This document shows, in pieces, positions 33,296 through 43,664 of a stretch of DNA of 45,226 nt. Each line of letters starts with the position of its first letter. Position 1 is the first letter of the stretch. The notes beneath the pieces are model-generated. The model had not been told where the DNA came from. It made no database searches and was given only the letters and a program-made list of their open reading frames with translations. Location of the stretch: NCBI GenBank assembly GCA_023301785.1, contig JALZUF010000239.1, positions 1 through 45,226 of the forward strand. The letters run 5' to 3'. Position numbers and translations under genes: made by a program. Origin of the DNA: Alphaproteobacteria bacterium. GTDB taxonomy: Bacteria > Pseudomonadota > Alphaproteobacteria > Micavibrionales > Micavibrionaceae.

Positions 33296-35989
33296 TTAGC
33301 CTCCCGTTATGCGTTTACCCCGCTTCCTGTACTGTCCTAACCATTCTAATTCTAGGAAAGACGCAGGTAAGTGCGAGTCTGTTGTAATTTCTAGTTCTGA
33401 GTTATCCGCTTTTTTCTTGAACGGAATCTTAAATGCTCCATCAGATACAGAAGGTTGACCTACCACATTGTTAGGGTCGCCAATAACTCTTCCGTTATAG
33501 CTGACCTCAGCACTATAGCCGTAGTCGTCTGTTATCAAAGCTTTAAAGAATCCAGTCTCCGTAAAGTGAGCAATGAACTGTTTAAGTATTAGTAATCCAC
33601 CTACCTTAACACCATCACGATCTCTCACGAAGGGCATACTAGGTTTATACCTTGAAGTGTACTTCCGTCCGAAGTGAACTGTACCACCTTCCATGTCTCT
33701 GTCTAGTGTAACCTGTCCTTCGAAGAATCCAGCAATCTTAGCCTTCATTCCGGGGTTAGGGCAACCAGCTCCTTGTACAGCTACGTAGTTTTCAATAGCG
33801 TCTACTTCGTAGTCAGGATACATAGTGTAGTTAGTACCCACAAAGTCTACCTTTTGGTCGAGATTAACCCTGTAGGTTAAACCGTCTTCAAAGTTAGAAT
33901 CTAGGTCAATGGTGTATAGTTCGTATTTGTTATTGTAGCCTGTAACAGCATACAATAAGTTGTCAACGAAGAACATGTGTAGTACCTCTAACGGGAACTT
34001 CCACTTACTCCAAGAAGACTGAACCTTCTCACCGTTTAACCATACGTACTCATAAACGTAAACTGTTTTGTTATCGTCATCTGTTCGTACAACTAATTTA
34101 CTAAAGTTGGTAGTACTGATTAACTGTTCAGGAGCACCTTTAATATACTGAGCAACGTGCTGGGTAATAGGACGAGCATCGTTAATGTCATCCTGTGTAA
34201 AGAACTCGTGTATACCTGTAAATTTACCGTACTCGTACGCGAAGAACACATTACGTCCAGCAGCAACAGGAGAGGCTCTTAAATCCGCTTCAAATTCTGT
34301 TGTCAAAACTAGAGAAGTATTTCTAGGTGTCAGAGAGTTACGTCCAAATACCACAAACTGTACATCATCAGAGAAAATAACTAAGTCTCTGTTATGAGGA
34401 GCTAGGCTCTTCAATACATAAGTACCAATAGCACTAGAAATATCAATAGGGTCATCGTCATTCAACGATATAGCAGATTGATTAAAGAAATCTAGGTGCT
34501 TGTTTGTACGAGACATAATAACATTCACGTCACTAAGCATAACCAAACGTCCTTGGAAAGCTCCCATGTCTGATATGGTGTGCCCTACAAAAGTAGGTAG
34601 CGGATTAGTTTCCTCGTCTCCTACTGCACGGTCAGCCCACTCACCCTCTCTAAAGGTAAATGTTCCGTCCTCTTCTCTTTTAAGTACGTGAGGTAGGGTA
34701 GAGCGATCTAACTCGTAAATTAAGTCAGGTGCTACAGTTTCAATCCATACACCAGAAGTACCAAATCCTTCACCTACTTCTAGCCCCTCTTCGTTCGATA
34801 AGAACTCCAAGTACCAGTTGTCAGCATCAGTTTGTTTAGATTCTGTTAAGCGTACTATGTAACCCTGCGGAGCAAAGCGCGGTATATTACCCACGTCTGT
34901 CTGCTGGTTATTTACTGCGAACATGTTAGTACCCCCGTCCCCGTCTTCTACCTCAATAGTATAAGCGTCATCTGGGTTACTGATCCGTCTAATGTATATA
35001 ACATCATCTTCTTTTTCAATAGTGAATGTACTTTTAAAATCATTGGCATCTATAAAATCTAAGTAATCACCTCTATGTAGATTGTAATCCGTTTGATAGG
35101 ATTCTGCTATAGAGGCATTGGCAGAGGCACGGTCATAAATATATTGTACTGCTGCTCTTAGTTCAGGATGATCCACCAGATTCAACTGGGCGATAATAGT
35201 ATTACAGTGTGTCATTACACTAGAGCGCGCACTAGACGCTGTAGACTTATTCGCATTACACGCAATGTTCTCTGCTACTGTACCCGTTGTACATGTATTG
35301 CTAAGATAGGAGTAATACGTCTGATATGTATTCAATGCACTGTCTAGGTTAGTCATTGCTGACGATAACGTAGAAGTTGACAAGTTGTTCAGATCGTTAT
35401 AAAGGTTTTCAGCTATGTAAGCTGTACCAATATTTGTTATGTGGCTAGCGGTAGAACCACTAGGAGTAGTATACGTAGCAGCCGCAGTGAATTCTACACC
35501 GTCATTCTCCCACGTAACATCAATCTTATAGGTACGCCCATATTGACCACCTAGCAAAAAGATTAACGATGCGTTGTCCACGTACTCTCTAGTAGTGTCC
35601 AGCATAGCAACTTCTTTAGTGGGGTCTACACAGTAGATTGAATCGTCAATCCCTGAGAACAACATCTTAGAGTTTGGTATATAGTCTGCACCGCTCTCTA
35701 CGTTTACTGTGTGCTCATTACCGTCTAGGCTGAACACCTTAATTTTGTTGTCTTGGTAAGCAATAATATACTCACCAAAAGAACCTGCATCGTAGTTATC
35801 AAAACGCCACGTACCTGTGCCTGTCAAGAGTCCCTTAATGAACTCCATCGGTCCACGTCTAGTTAAACCGTCTACTGGGTTACTAGAGAAGTTTTCTTGT
35901 ACAGTACACTGTCCCGGCAATCTTTCACGATCAGGTTGCTGACTCACCCCTTGGATGAGACTTGATATAGAACCGTCTACTTTTGACAT
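33296..35989 (-). CDS. Tail tubular protein B (T7 gp12-like)
   Basis: 897 aa. N-terminal ISSLIQGVSQQPDRERLPGQ...NPVDGLTRRGP is typical of gp12 homologues. Confidence 0.9.
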   Translation of the reverse strand: MSKVDGSISSLIQGVSQQPDRERLPGQCTVQENFSSNPVDGLTRRGPMEFIKGLLTGTGTWRFDNYDAGSFGEYIIAYQDNKIKVFSLDGNEHTVNVESGADYIPNSKMLFSGIDDSIYCVDPTKEVAMLDTTREYVDNASLIFLLGGQYGRTYKIDVTWENDGVEFTAAATYTTPSGSTASHITNIGTAYIAENLYNDLNNLSTSTLSSAMTNLDSALNTYQTYYSYLSNTCTTGTVAENIACNANKSTASSARSSVMTHCNTIIAQLNLVDHPELRAAVQYIYDRASANASIAESYQTDYNLHRGDYLDFIDANDFKSTFTIEKEDDVIYIRRISNPDDAYTIEVEDGDGGTNMFAVNNQQTDVGNIPRFAPQGYIVRLTESKQTDADNWYLEFLSNEEGLEVGEGFGTSGVWIETVAPDLIYELDRSTLPHVLKREEDGTFTFREGEWADRAVGDEETNPLPTFVGHTISDMGAFQGRLVMLSDVNVIMSRTNKHLDFFNQSAISLNDDDPIDISSAIGTYVLKSLAPHNRDLVIFSDDVQFVVFGRNSLTPRNTSLVLTTEFEADLRASPVAAGRNVFFAYEYGKFTGIHEFFTQDDINDARPITQHVAQYIKGAPEQLISTTNFSKLVVRTDDDNKTVYVYEYVWLNGEKVQSSWSKWKFPLEVLHMFFVDNLLYAVTGYNNKYELYTIDLDSNFEDGLTYRVNLDQKVDFVGTNYTMYPDYEVDAIENYVAVQGAGCPNPGMKAKIAGFFEGQVTLDRDMEGGTVHFGRKYTSRYKPSMPFVRDRDGVKVGGLLILKQFIAHFTETGFFKALITDDYGYSAEVSYNGRVIGDPNNVVGQPSVSDGAFKIPFKKKADNSELEITTDSHLPASFLELEWLGQYRKRGKRITGG

Positions 35990-36577
35990 TTAGCTTCCTC
36001 TCGGTATGTAAGAGCGTCTAGTTACTTCACGTAGTAGTCTGCTACCCATAGGGCTTGTGTTAATAGACACATCCTCATTAGCGAGATTCTCTCTCTGTAG
36101 GTACGCAAACGCTTCGGATTCGCGCTCTTTTAATTCTCTTACTTTATCCATGTCTCCGTCATCATCTGTGTAATGCTCTTTGACTGCTTTGGCTTCGATA
36201 TAAGCTGCTGCCATTTCAGGAAGTTCATCTATATCGAGCTGTAGTACTACCTGTACTTGAACAGCTTGCCCAATGTTATATGTATTGTTCGAACGATCAT
36301 ATAGTCGTTTACCTCTTTTTATATAAGAAGAGCGTGGATCAATAGGATCAACTGACAATGTGTTCTGAGGTACAATAACCTCGCCTGTCCCTACTTCTGG
36401 TGACAGTGTAAATGTCTCCTCGTTGAAATACCAACCACGAGACTGTATTCTCTTGTCAACGCGTTTAAGCACGTTGTTCGCTTGTATGGCTGACGGGTCA
36501 TTGCTGTCCGCAGAAGAAACTGGTGTCTCTCCGTTTACCGCTAACATAGCGTTTATAATTTCTAACCTAGTGGTCAT
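35990..36577 (-). CDS. Tail tubular protein A (T7 gp11-like)
   Basis: Start moved to the ATG at 36577 (AAGGAGA SD, downstream of the capsid terminator). MTTRLEIINAMLAVNGETPV...SRGWYFNEE. 195 aa. Confidence 0.9.
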   Translation of the reverse strand: MTTRLEIINAMLAVNGETPVSSADSNDPSAIQANNVLKRVDKRIQSRGWYFNEETFTLSPEVGTGEVIVPQNTLSVDPIDPRSSYIKRGKRLYDRSNNTYNIGQAVQVQVVLQLDIDELPEMAAAYIEAKAVKEHYTDDDGDMDKVRELKERESEAFAYLQRENLANEDVSINTSPMGSRLLREVTRRSYIPRGS

Positions 36578-36593
36578 TAAAATCTCCTTATAT

Positions 36594-36620
36594 AAAAAGA
36601 GGAGAGCCGAAGCTCCCCTC
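36594..36620 (-). terminator. Rho-independent terminator immediately after the major capsid gene (T-phi analogue)
   Basis: 9-bp stem GAGGGGAGC/GCTCTCCTC (one G-U pair valid only in minus-strand RNA), TTCG tetraloop, then TTTTT. Confidence 0.8.
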
Positions 36621-36630
36621 AATTATGTTA

Positions 36631-37587
36631 TTATGCTCTGTACTTGAACACTGCGCCACAAACGTCAGGACGATTGATAGCAACACCGAATGCCATGTAA
36701 GAGTCAATGAACCACTGTAGTTCTTTCTTATCATAGTAAATGTCAGATACAAGTGGGATAGTCTCACCAGCAAGTAATGAACGTGGGTGTAAGATAACTG
36801 CAACTGCATCTGATTCAGCATCAGAAACATTGTATGCGTTACCGTTAGTGTCATTAGACAAGAAGTGATCGCTGATAGCTTCTTTAGGGATACGTGGGCA
36901 AGACACAATACGTGTACCGTAAATGTGGTAAATCTTACCTTTAGCGAAATCGCCATTATCTGAGCTATAGTCACTTGAAATCAATTTGTCGTGCTTTTGT
37001 AAAGTACGGAACTGAGTAGGACGTACAAATACGACACACTCACCAATGCTGATTTCTTCTTCTTCCATCTCAACAAGAAGGCTAACAATAGCGTCTTCTA
37101 ATTTGTCTGGGTCATTCTCATCATTAGCTGCACCGAATTCTACGTTCTTACCAGCACCGATTGAATCAACGTCAGTAGGAGCAGCAGAAAGAGCACCTTT
37201 AATTGTCTGAATGATGAAGGCTTGGTCAAAGAATTTACCTTGCTCTTTACCTTGGTCTTCCGCAATCAATGAACGTACGTCAATGTCTGCTTGGAATTCA
37301 TTCAGCTTGTCTTGGTTGTTACGTGAAAGGATGATTGTGTCAACTGTGACAGAGGCACGACCATACTTAACTGTGTGTGCGTCAGGGCGTACACCAGCAG
37401 TAACTTTTTGTAATTGTGTTTTACCGATTTGACGGTTGATTAAAGTATCAGTGTTAATAACTGGCTTAACTTTAACAAACTGTTTCATTGTAGAGTTCTT
37501 AGCGAACTGGCTTTCCACCATACCGTTAAACTCTTCAATAAGCTCATCACTCGGTTGTGAGGATAGATGCGAACTATCTGTATTCAT
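36631..37587 (-). CDS. Major capsid protein
   Basis: 318 aa, between the scaffold and the tail tube genes, followed by a strong terminator. No motif-level proof. Confidence 0.85.
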   Translation of the reverse strand: MNTDSSHLSSQPSDELIEEFNGMVESQFAKNSTMKQFVKVKPVINTDTLINRQIGKTQLQKVTAGVRPDAHTVKYGRASVTVDTIILSRNNQDKLNEFQADIDVRSLIAEDQGKEQGKFFDQAFIIQTIKGALSAAPTDVDSIGAGKNVEFGAANDENDPDKLEDAIVSLLVEMEEEEISIGECVVFVRPTQFRTLQKHDKLISSDYSSDNGDFAKGKIYHIYGTRIVSCPRIPKEAISDHFLSNDTNGNAYNVSDAESDAVAVILHPRSLLAGETIPLVSDIYYDKKELQWFIDSYMAFGVAINRPDVCGAVFKYRA

Positions 37588-37600
37588 TATTTAGTCTCCA

Positions 37601-38434
37601 TTATATGTTTTGTTTAATTCCCTCTTGGCGCATAGCCCAGAGTTTCTTACGTTCTTGTTCATAAGTACCGTTGTTGTTAGCCTTCTCGACCATCTGACCG
37701 TACTGTAAACGAGAGATTGGTTTAATACCTGAGTCACTGTTTTTCTTGTCGCCTGTAAGCAGGTCGGCTTCCACAGTTGTATCAGGATCGTTGGTATATG
37801 CGCTGTATAAATCTTTTACGCCAGCGACAATAGCTTTAGTGCTACCAGTATCAACTAGTGCTCTAATCTCAGCCATCTCCTTAGCGAACTCAGGATCAGA
37901 TTTAGCCTTTTCCTCAGCCCACGCGGACATTGCCTCGTAGTTCTCTTGACCACCAGTAAGCTCATAAGCGGCTTTCTTGTGTGCGTCAAAGGCAGCATAA
38001 GTTTTAGTCATGTAGTTCTCAGCCATAAGCATAATTTGTGTTGCTTTGTCTTCGCCTACTTTTTCAACTAGTAACTCACGATTAACCTTAGTTAAGTCCA
38101 TACTCTCTACAGCGTCACCAAATATTTCGTTAGTAACTTCTACAGGGATTTCAGAATCAACTAGAGTTTTGACTACTTGGCGTAAAGCCGGGTCTTCGTA
38201 GTCATTGTAATTTAAGTTCAGCTCTTCCTTATCGTCACCTTCATCTTCCCCCTCATCAGGTTTATCTTCTGGTGTCTCATCAGGTTTATCGCCTTCCTCT
38301 TCTTTAGATGTCTCCTCGTCAGGCGTATCGCCTTCTGGGGTTTCAACCTTAGAATCCTCATCTACAGTTTCGTCTGTAGGAGGTGTCTGATCGTCAACCA
38401 CTTCTGGGTCAACATTGTCATTTTCATCAGCCAT
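37601..38434 (-). CDS. Scaffolding protein
   Basis: 277 aa, with an extremely acidic low-complexity N-terminus (DKPDE repeats). It lies between the portal and the capsid. Confidence 0.8.
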   Translation of the reverse strand: MADENDNVDPEVVDDQTPPTDETVDEDSKVETPEGDTPDEETSKEEEGDKPDETPEDKPDEGEDEGDDKEELNLNYNDYEDPALRQVVKTLVDSEIPVEVTNEIFGDAVESMDLTKVNRELLVEKVGEDKATQIMLMAENYMTKTYAAFDAHKKAAYELTGGQENYEAMSAWAEEKAKSDPEFAKEMAEIRALVDTGSTKAIVAGVKDLYSAYTNDPDTTVEADLLTGDKKNSDSGIKPISRLQYGQMVEKANNNGTYEQERKKLWAMRQEGIKQNI

Positions 38435-39975
38435 TAAACTTCCTTCGCTATTTCTTTACCAGCGTCTTGTGCCATCTGGTTTGTGGTTTCTTGTTGCATC
38501 ATTGCTTTCTCTTGTGCGGCAGCAGCTTCTTGTTCAGCTTTAACCTCATCATCAGTTTTAATAAATGCAGCATAATCTAAACCTCGGTTGTTTCCAACCC
38601 AAGTCATAACATTACCCATCTTCAATCTGGCTTGTGCGCCTTCCGGCATCTGAGTAATTAAACTCAAATCCTGTGCAAACATTCTAAAGTTGTCCAAGTC
38701 ACCCATTCGGGATAACGTGTCCATACCTGTAACAATAACAGGGAAGATCGAATCATCACTGATCTTAATATCTTTACGTGAAAGAAGTAAGTGTGCGACT
38801 GGCTCTTGCCATTCCTCAGTGAATCTACTGTACACCCCACCGTATGCCATTTCTAGTTCCTGTGCTTGATAGCGAATTTCCTCAGCAGTGACGCGCTCGG
38901 CATCTCTGGTTACTGCGGAATTTAGTAGGAACGCCTGTGCAATCTGGCGAATGTAATCTTCTAGTACTTGTCGAACTTGCTGGAAGTCAAGGTGTTTGTC
39001 TGAATTAACTGAAACAATATCATCCTTACGACCAGCGTGGAATGTACCGTTAGCAGATTTATTTAATTCAACAACATCTACGACAGAACCCGGATTAACC
39101 AAGAACTTAACCGTAGCGGCAGTAATAACTCCTTCGAGTAATGCTTGCGATAGAACATCTACGGCAGCAAAAGCTCCTCGGTAGTCTTCTACCATACCTC
39201 GACCATAATGATCGCCCCGTGCTAAGTTCCATGTAAGCGGTATCCAAGGTAAATCCTTTTTCGCGTACTGGTTCTCAGAAACTTCAAGGTCAACCATGTC
39301 GGCAGCCTGACTAATTTCAAACTTTCCAGTTTCAGGGTTTAGTTTAACCTGTGTATAAAGACTAACATCGGTGCTGTCTTCGTAATCCGTATCCTTTTTG
39401 CCACTAGCTTTAAGCTTCTCCTGAACTTCCTCAGTGAAGGTTTCAAACTCTTTAACATCTCTGGTTATGAATTCAATGACTGTACCACCTACATCACGCA
39501 TGATGCAATAGTCTCTAGTACTGTATACTTGTACCTTACCCTTTTTCGGGTAGTAAACTAAAGCGTTACCTGTTACAATAAGTAACTTGGCAGCCATAGT
39601 TGCTCCGGTACGATGACCTAATTTATCTAACTGTCTTACAGTACCCTTTTCGCCAGCTACAAGAGCTTTGTCAATGTCGACTTGTGGGACTTTTGCCTTA
39701 GCAAATTTCTCTTTAAGTTCGTCATCAAGCTCTAGCTTTAAGAAGGGTCTGTATGTGGGATAGAGAGTTTCAATGAGTTTGTTACTCAAATGATTAACTG
39801 CTCTAGCTCCTACAGAATCTAAGTCTGTATCAAGCTCTTCGTTATTCACGTTAGTCGGAGCGTATAAATACGGTAGTGTCCACCGAGCGTATTTTTCGTT
39901 CCGTTCGTGTAAACTACCTTTCCGACTTTCAAGAATTTCCCATCTATGTTTTAATGAGTCTTCCTTTTCAATCAT
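38434..39975 (-). CDS. Portal (head-tail connector) protein (T7 gp8-like)
   Basis: 513 aa. Synteny: the first large gene of the structural module, with ATGA coupling to the scaffold gene. Confidence 0.85.
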   Translation of the reverse strand: MIEKEDSLKHRWEILESRKGSLHERNEKYARWTLPYLYAPTNVNNEELDTDLDSVGARAVNHLSNKLIETLYPTYRPFLKLELDDELKEKFAKAKVPQVDIDKALVAGEKGTVRQLDKLGHRTGATMAAKLLIVTGNALVYYPKKGKVQVYSTRDYCIMRDVGGTVIEFITRDVKEFETFTEEVQEKLKASGKKDTDYEDSTDVSLYTQVKLNPETGKFEISQAADMVDLEVSENQYAKKDLPWIPLTWNLARGDHYGRGMVEDYRGAFAAVDVLSQALLEGVITAATVKFLVNPGSVVDVVELNKSANGTFHAGRKDDIVSVNSDKHLDFQQVRQVLEDYIRQIAQAFLLNSAVTRDAERVTAEEIRYQAQELEMAYGGVYSRFTEEWQEPVAHLLLSRKDIKISDDSIFPVIVTGMDTLSRMGDLDNFRMFAQDLSLITQMPEGAQARLKMGNVMTWVGNNRGLDYAAFIKTDDEVKAEQEAAAAQEKAMMQQETTNQMAQDAGKEIAKEV

Positions 39976-40217
39976 TAGATACTAAGTCCTCCCTTACCTA
40001 ATCCACCTAGCACGTCTTTAGTACCAGAACTGGAACTAGACGAAGTACCACCAGAGACACGTTTGTCTTTGACGGAATCAGCACCAACAACCACACTAGC
40101 ACCTGTATCGGTACGTGTACTTGGGGCTGGAGCTGCTGGGATTTCAGCTTCGGGAATTTCTGGTTGTTCAGGTCTACCAAACAAAGCGTCTGATACCTTT
40201 TCTACTACACCACCCAT
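39975..40217 (-). CDS. Small Gly/Ser/Pro-rich putative virion protein
   Basis: 80 aa, directly upstream of the portal and coupled to it. Confidence 0.65.
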   Translation of the reverse strand: MGGVVEKVSDALFGRPEQPEIPEAEIPAAPAPSTRTDTGASVVVGADSVKDKRVSGGTSSSSSSGTKDVLGGLGKGGLSI

Positions 40218-40219
40218 AA

Positions 40220-40462
40220 TTATTTCTCCTTGTTTCTAGTAAATGAGAACTTGTCCCATATACTGCTATTCAATTTACCTTCTGTTTCTCGCACAACTGA
40301 TTCTATCATATTAAGAACTTCTTGTTGTGCTGCTCTCCTCTGTATATATATCATAGGAGTATCCTCTTTAATGTCTAATGGATTAAGAGGGGGAAACATC
40401 TCCACTAAAGTATTATAGAACTCTAGGGATACTGGAGGTAATTTAATCCGTTGTATATTCAT
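40220..40462 (-). CDS. Hypothetical protein (first gene after the RNAP)
   Basis: 80 aa. AGGAGA SD. Confidence 0.7.
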   Translation of the reverse strand: MNIQRIKLPPVSLEFYNTLVEMFPPLNPLDIKEDTPMIYIQRRAAQQEVLNMIESVVRETEGKLNSSIWDKFSFTRNKEK

Positions 40463-40565
40463 TATAATCTCCTAGTATATTCTATAGGGTAACGAGATTT
40501 TAAGAACACAGGGGTTTATGCGGATTAAGTATTGAAAACATTGAAGAAAAAGGGTGGTACACGAG

Positions 40566-42977
40566 CTACCCGAAAAAGTACTCTGATTCAATGATCTTTT
40601 CTAAGTCGAGATCACCGTATTCAGGTACAACGGGAACAGCACCATCTTGTAGTACTAACGCACAGGATATATACAGGTCATGTAATGGTTCGTTATGCTT
40701 ATACATTTCTACAAACTCTTCGCGTATGATATTTCTTAACTTTGGTATGTCACAAGCATGTGTCCCGAAGTCATCGTGTACCATTGCGAAGTTGTTTATC
40801 CCCTGCTCTTTAGCTTTGTTAATAGTAAGCATCATGTGAGCAGAATCTAAACTGTGTACAAAATTAGGAGCTATCCCCTGCTTCTGCTTCTGTGGAGAAA
40901 CCACATTAGTAGAATTATTAAGGGATAAATGTACACCACCTAAGAGTAATGAGCGCACTCTCTGGCGCGTAGTTTTACAGTTGTTCTGGTAGACGGGAAA
41001 CCCGATAGGATTAACCCACCACACAGGCATGTTTTTCTCTGCCATCAGCACAGCTAGTTCTTGTAACCAATCCATAGCGTGCCGCGCAGCAACGACCACA
41101 TCCTCAATAGCAGCCCATAACTTGTAAGTCATATACGATACAACTTGGTTAGGGTCAGCAAAGAAGTCTGGGTCTAGTTCTTTTATAGCATCTCCAATAA
41201 AATCAAAGCAGGAGTACCTAGTGCTTCCGTAAGGTAGGGTCATAACGGGACGTTTAGCGATAGAACGTGGTATACCGTCATGCTTATCTGCAAACGCTAA
41301 CCATAGTGTTCTTTCATCACAGTGGTCGTCTTCTTTAATTAACTCTAATGCACGGTCAGCAACCTCTTGATATATGTCAGCAGGTTTGTCTCCGGGTAGC
41401 AGGTTAGTAGCTTCTCCGCCTACCTTATCTCGTAGTAAAGCAGAGAAATTCTGTATACCATTACACGATCCATCCATACCCACAGGTATACTAGTCATAT
41501 ACAATGGGTCTTCATTCGCCTGTACAAGCTCGTACATAGTCGAAAGGAACATGTATGGGTGGTCACTACCTCCCCAAAAATCAACGTGCTCTACGGGGCT
41601 TAAAACGGCTTGACGGGCATACTCCATCTGTGAGTCTGTCCACGCCACTCGTTCATCAAAGGAAACTTTATCTATACCATAGGAGTTAGCGGCATGTACC
41701 TTTAACCAGTACAGTCCTTCCTCGGTAATAGGTTTAGATTCTCCTAAGCGCAAGAGTGCACGGTTAAAATCTGCACCTTGTGGATTAAGCCCTGAGCTAC
41801 TGGCGTATACTCTACCTCTAAAGTCACATTGATACACAAAGTAAATGTTCTCGTAATCCTTGTAACCTCTAGCCATAGCAATAACACGCGCTATCTCATA
41901 CGAACGAGATGACCTACTAATTTCTTCTGTGTACAACTGAGCTACCTCAGCTTTCCACTTAATGAATTCTTCAAAAGTAGCTTCGTCCATTTCTTTAGGT
42001 TTAGTATCCACCTTAAACTTTGGAATGTCTATAGGTTCTTTCTTAGGCATACCTATACCAAGGTTCTTATCCCATACTTGCTGCATGGTTTTAAGTACGA
42101 ACTCATTTATTTTCCAAGGTGTTTGTTGCATAGAGTTTACGGCTGCGTACGCATTAGTCATATCGTGGTCTGATACAAACGCCTCTTCCGATTTAGTTAA
42201 ACCTTTAACAAACGGTGTTCTGTGTCGCATAGGCTCGGACCAGTACCCACCGTTCCGCATACCTGTCCAGTCGTCTGGCGGTATAATGCAGGGTTTAGTG
42301 TACGGGTGTAGTACAGAGGAGTATTCATTGAAACCTTCGATCCATTCTATAGCCTCAGTCGTAGCAACGACACGAAAGATACTCTTATTACGTGAGTACT
42401 TCTTGTCCATACGTATTATGTCGGTTGACTTTAGAACGCAGTCCACTAATAGAGAACCTACTCTAAGACGTTGTTCCTTAGACCAAGCATCCCATTCTAG
42501 CCCCTTCTTTTTAGAAGTTACCGCCAGCACATTACGTACGTGACGGTAGGACTTTGTGTTCTTACGTTGGAAGTCACTGACTAAGGTATTGTAGTACTGT
42601 GCGTTCATATCTTTGAAAGCACTAAACCTTATTTCATCCTCAATACGTAGACCAATCTCTAACGCTAAGGCGTTTAAGGGTTTACCTATATGTAACGAAT
42701 CCAGTATAGTCTTTAAAGCTACGTAGGCAGTGACGGTAGGGTCAACACCCTTAATCATCTTAGCGTACTTACCCAATCGTTTAGCTCTAGCGGAGTTACA
42801 GAACTCCTCTACATGCTCGGCTACAGGTACAACCAGATTCATAAGGAGTCTATTACCGTAGCCAGTGTCAGAGCCTCTGCCCTGATCCTCGGCAGACTTA
42901 GTATTCTTAAAGAAGCGATCAGCTCCTTGCAGAACTAAGTCGTCTTCCAGTCGTAGTTGATCCTTCAAATCAGGCAT
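40566..42977 (-). CDS. Single-subunit DNA-dependent RNA polymerase (T7-like)
   Basis: DGSCNGIQNFSA, PNFVHSLDSAHM and MVHDDFGTH correspond to the T7 RNAP catalytic motifs. 803 aa. Confidence 0.97.
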   Translation of the reverse strand: MPDLKDQLRLEDDLVLQGADRFFKNTKSAEDQGRGSDTGYGNRLLMNLVVPVAEHVEEFCNSARAKRLGKYAKMIKGVDPTVTAYVALKTILDSLHIGKPLNALALEIGLRIEDEIRFSAFKDMNAQYYNTLVSDFQRKNTKSYRHVRNVLAVTSKKKGLEWDAWSKEQRLRVGSLLVDCVLKSTDIIRMDKKYSRNKSIFRVVATTEAIEWIEGFNEYSSVLHPYTKPCIIPPDDWTGMRNGGYWSEPMRHRTPFVKGLTKSEEAFVSDHDMTNAYAAVNSMQQTPWKINEFVLKTMQQVWDKNLGIGMPKKEPIDIPKFKVDTKPKEMDEATFEEFIKWKAEVAQLYTEEISRSSRSYEIARVIAMARGYKDYENIYFVYQCDFRGRVYASSSGLNPQGADFNRALLRLGESKPITEEGLYWLKVHAANSYGIDKVSFDERVAWTDSQMEYARQAVLSPVEHVDFWGGSDHPYMFLSTMYELVQANEDPLYMTSIPVGMDGSCNGIQNFSALLRDKVGGEATNLLPGDKPADIYQEVADRALELIKEDDHCDERTLWLAFADKHDGIPRSIAKRPVMTLPYGSTRYSCFDFIGDAIKELDPDFFADPNQVVSYMTYKLWAAIEDVVVAARHAMDWLQELAVLMAEKNMPVWWVNPIGFPVYQNNCKTTRQRVRSLLLGGVHLSLNNSTNVVSPQKQKQGIAPNFVHSLDSAHMMLTINKAKEQGINNFAMVHDDFGTHACDIPKLRNIIREEFVEMYKHNEPLHDLYISCALVLQDGAVPVVPEYGDLDLEKIIESEYFFG

Positions 42978-43384
42978 TACTTTTTCCTTACGTTGGCTTG
43001 TGCTTTTTTCTTGATACGGGCTTTCCGTGCCTTAGCATTTCGTAGAATACGTTTTTCATCTTCGGTTCTGTGGCTCGGATGAAATATACTCCCGGCTGTA
43101 ACTTCTGAGTGGGCATCCCAATATGATAGAAGTGAAGCCAAGAAGTCTCGTGGAGTTCTACCACGTTTACCCCGGTTGGCGAGATTGAATATCTTTCCTT
43201 CGATTCCGTTACAATTTCTACAGAGAGCTGCTCGAACAATACCGGATTTATGGCAATGGTCCAAACATACATCCTTGGTAGGAATAGCTTCGAAAGAAAT
43301 GTGGCACAACGCGCACGCATTATTCTGCACCTCCATCAGCTTCTTCTTGTGAGCCAATATCTGGCTTGTCTTTAGTCTCTTCAT
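42977..43384 (-). CDS. Endonuclease VII-family (HNH-like) junction-resolving nuclease
   Basis: CALCH...CLDHCHKSGIVRAALCRNCNGIEGK matches the endonuclease VII zinc/HNH signature. Confidence 0.85.
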   Translation of the reverse strand: MKRLKTSQILAHKKKLMEVQNNACALCHISFEAIPTKDVCLDHCHKSGIVRAALCRNCNGIEGKIFNLANRGKRGRTPRDFLASLLSYWDAHSEVTAGSIFHPSHRTEDEKRILRNAKARKARIKKKAQANVRKK

Positions 43385-43664
43385 GTGATCTCCACGCTAG
43401 TTCATCTAGCTTCTGTGCCATACGCGCTTCGGTCATGGCGGGTTGAACAAAGCGTCTCTTCCACACACGTTCGAGTACCTGCTTACGTATAGTCTTACCT
43501 AACGCTTGCTTGTACCACTTACGCATGGCTTTAAACGCTACTCGTTTGTCCACTCGCCCTTCAAAGCCAATGGTCATGGAACTGTATTCAAGGTTGTCCT
43601 CCACACTCCACCAAGGAAGTAGTAGTTGTACAATCCAGCGTTCTTCTTCTACACGTCTAGGCAT
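43320..43664 (-). CDS. Hypothetical protein (114 aa)
   Basis: ORF overlapping the endonuclease VII start by 65 nt. Confidence 0.6.
   Translation of the reverse strand: MPRRVEEERWIVQLLLPWWSVEDNLEYSSMTIGFEGRVDKRVAFKAMRKWYKQALGKTIRKQVLERVWKRRFVQPAMTEARMAQKLDELAWRSHEETKDKPDIGSQEEADGGAE

Noticed and set aside
36588-36974. 128-aa minus-strand ORF overlapping the 3' end of the capsid gene; also considered as a T7 10B-like frameshift extension
   Set aside because: It is in an alternative frame inside the capsid gene, with an implausible composition. A strong terminator sits 10 nt after the capsid stop, leaving no room for a frameshift-extended capsid product.
41962-42543. 193-aa plus-strand ORF, and all other plus-strand ORFs in the track (e.g. 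871-1206, 29455-29859, 30300-30650)
   Set aside because: All lie antisense within well-supported minus-strand genes (RNAP, DNAP, internal virion proteins). They are typical shadow ORFs.
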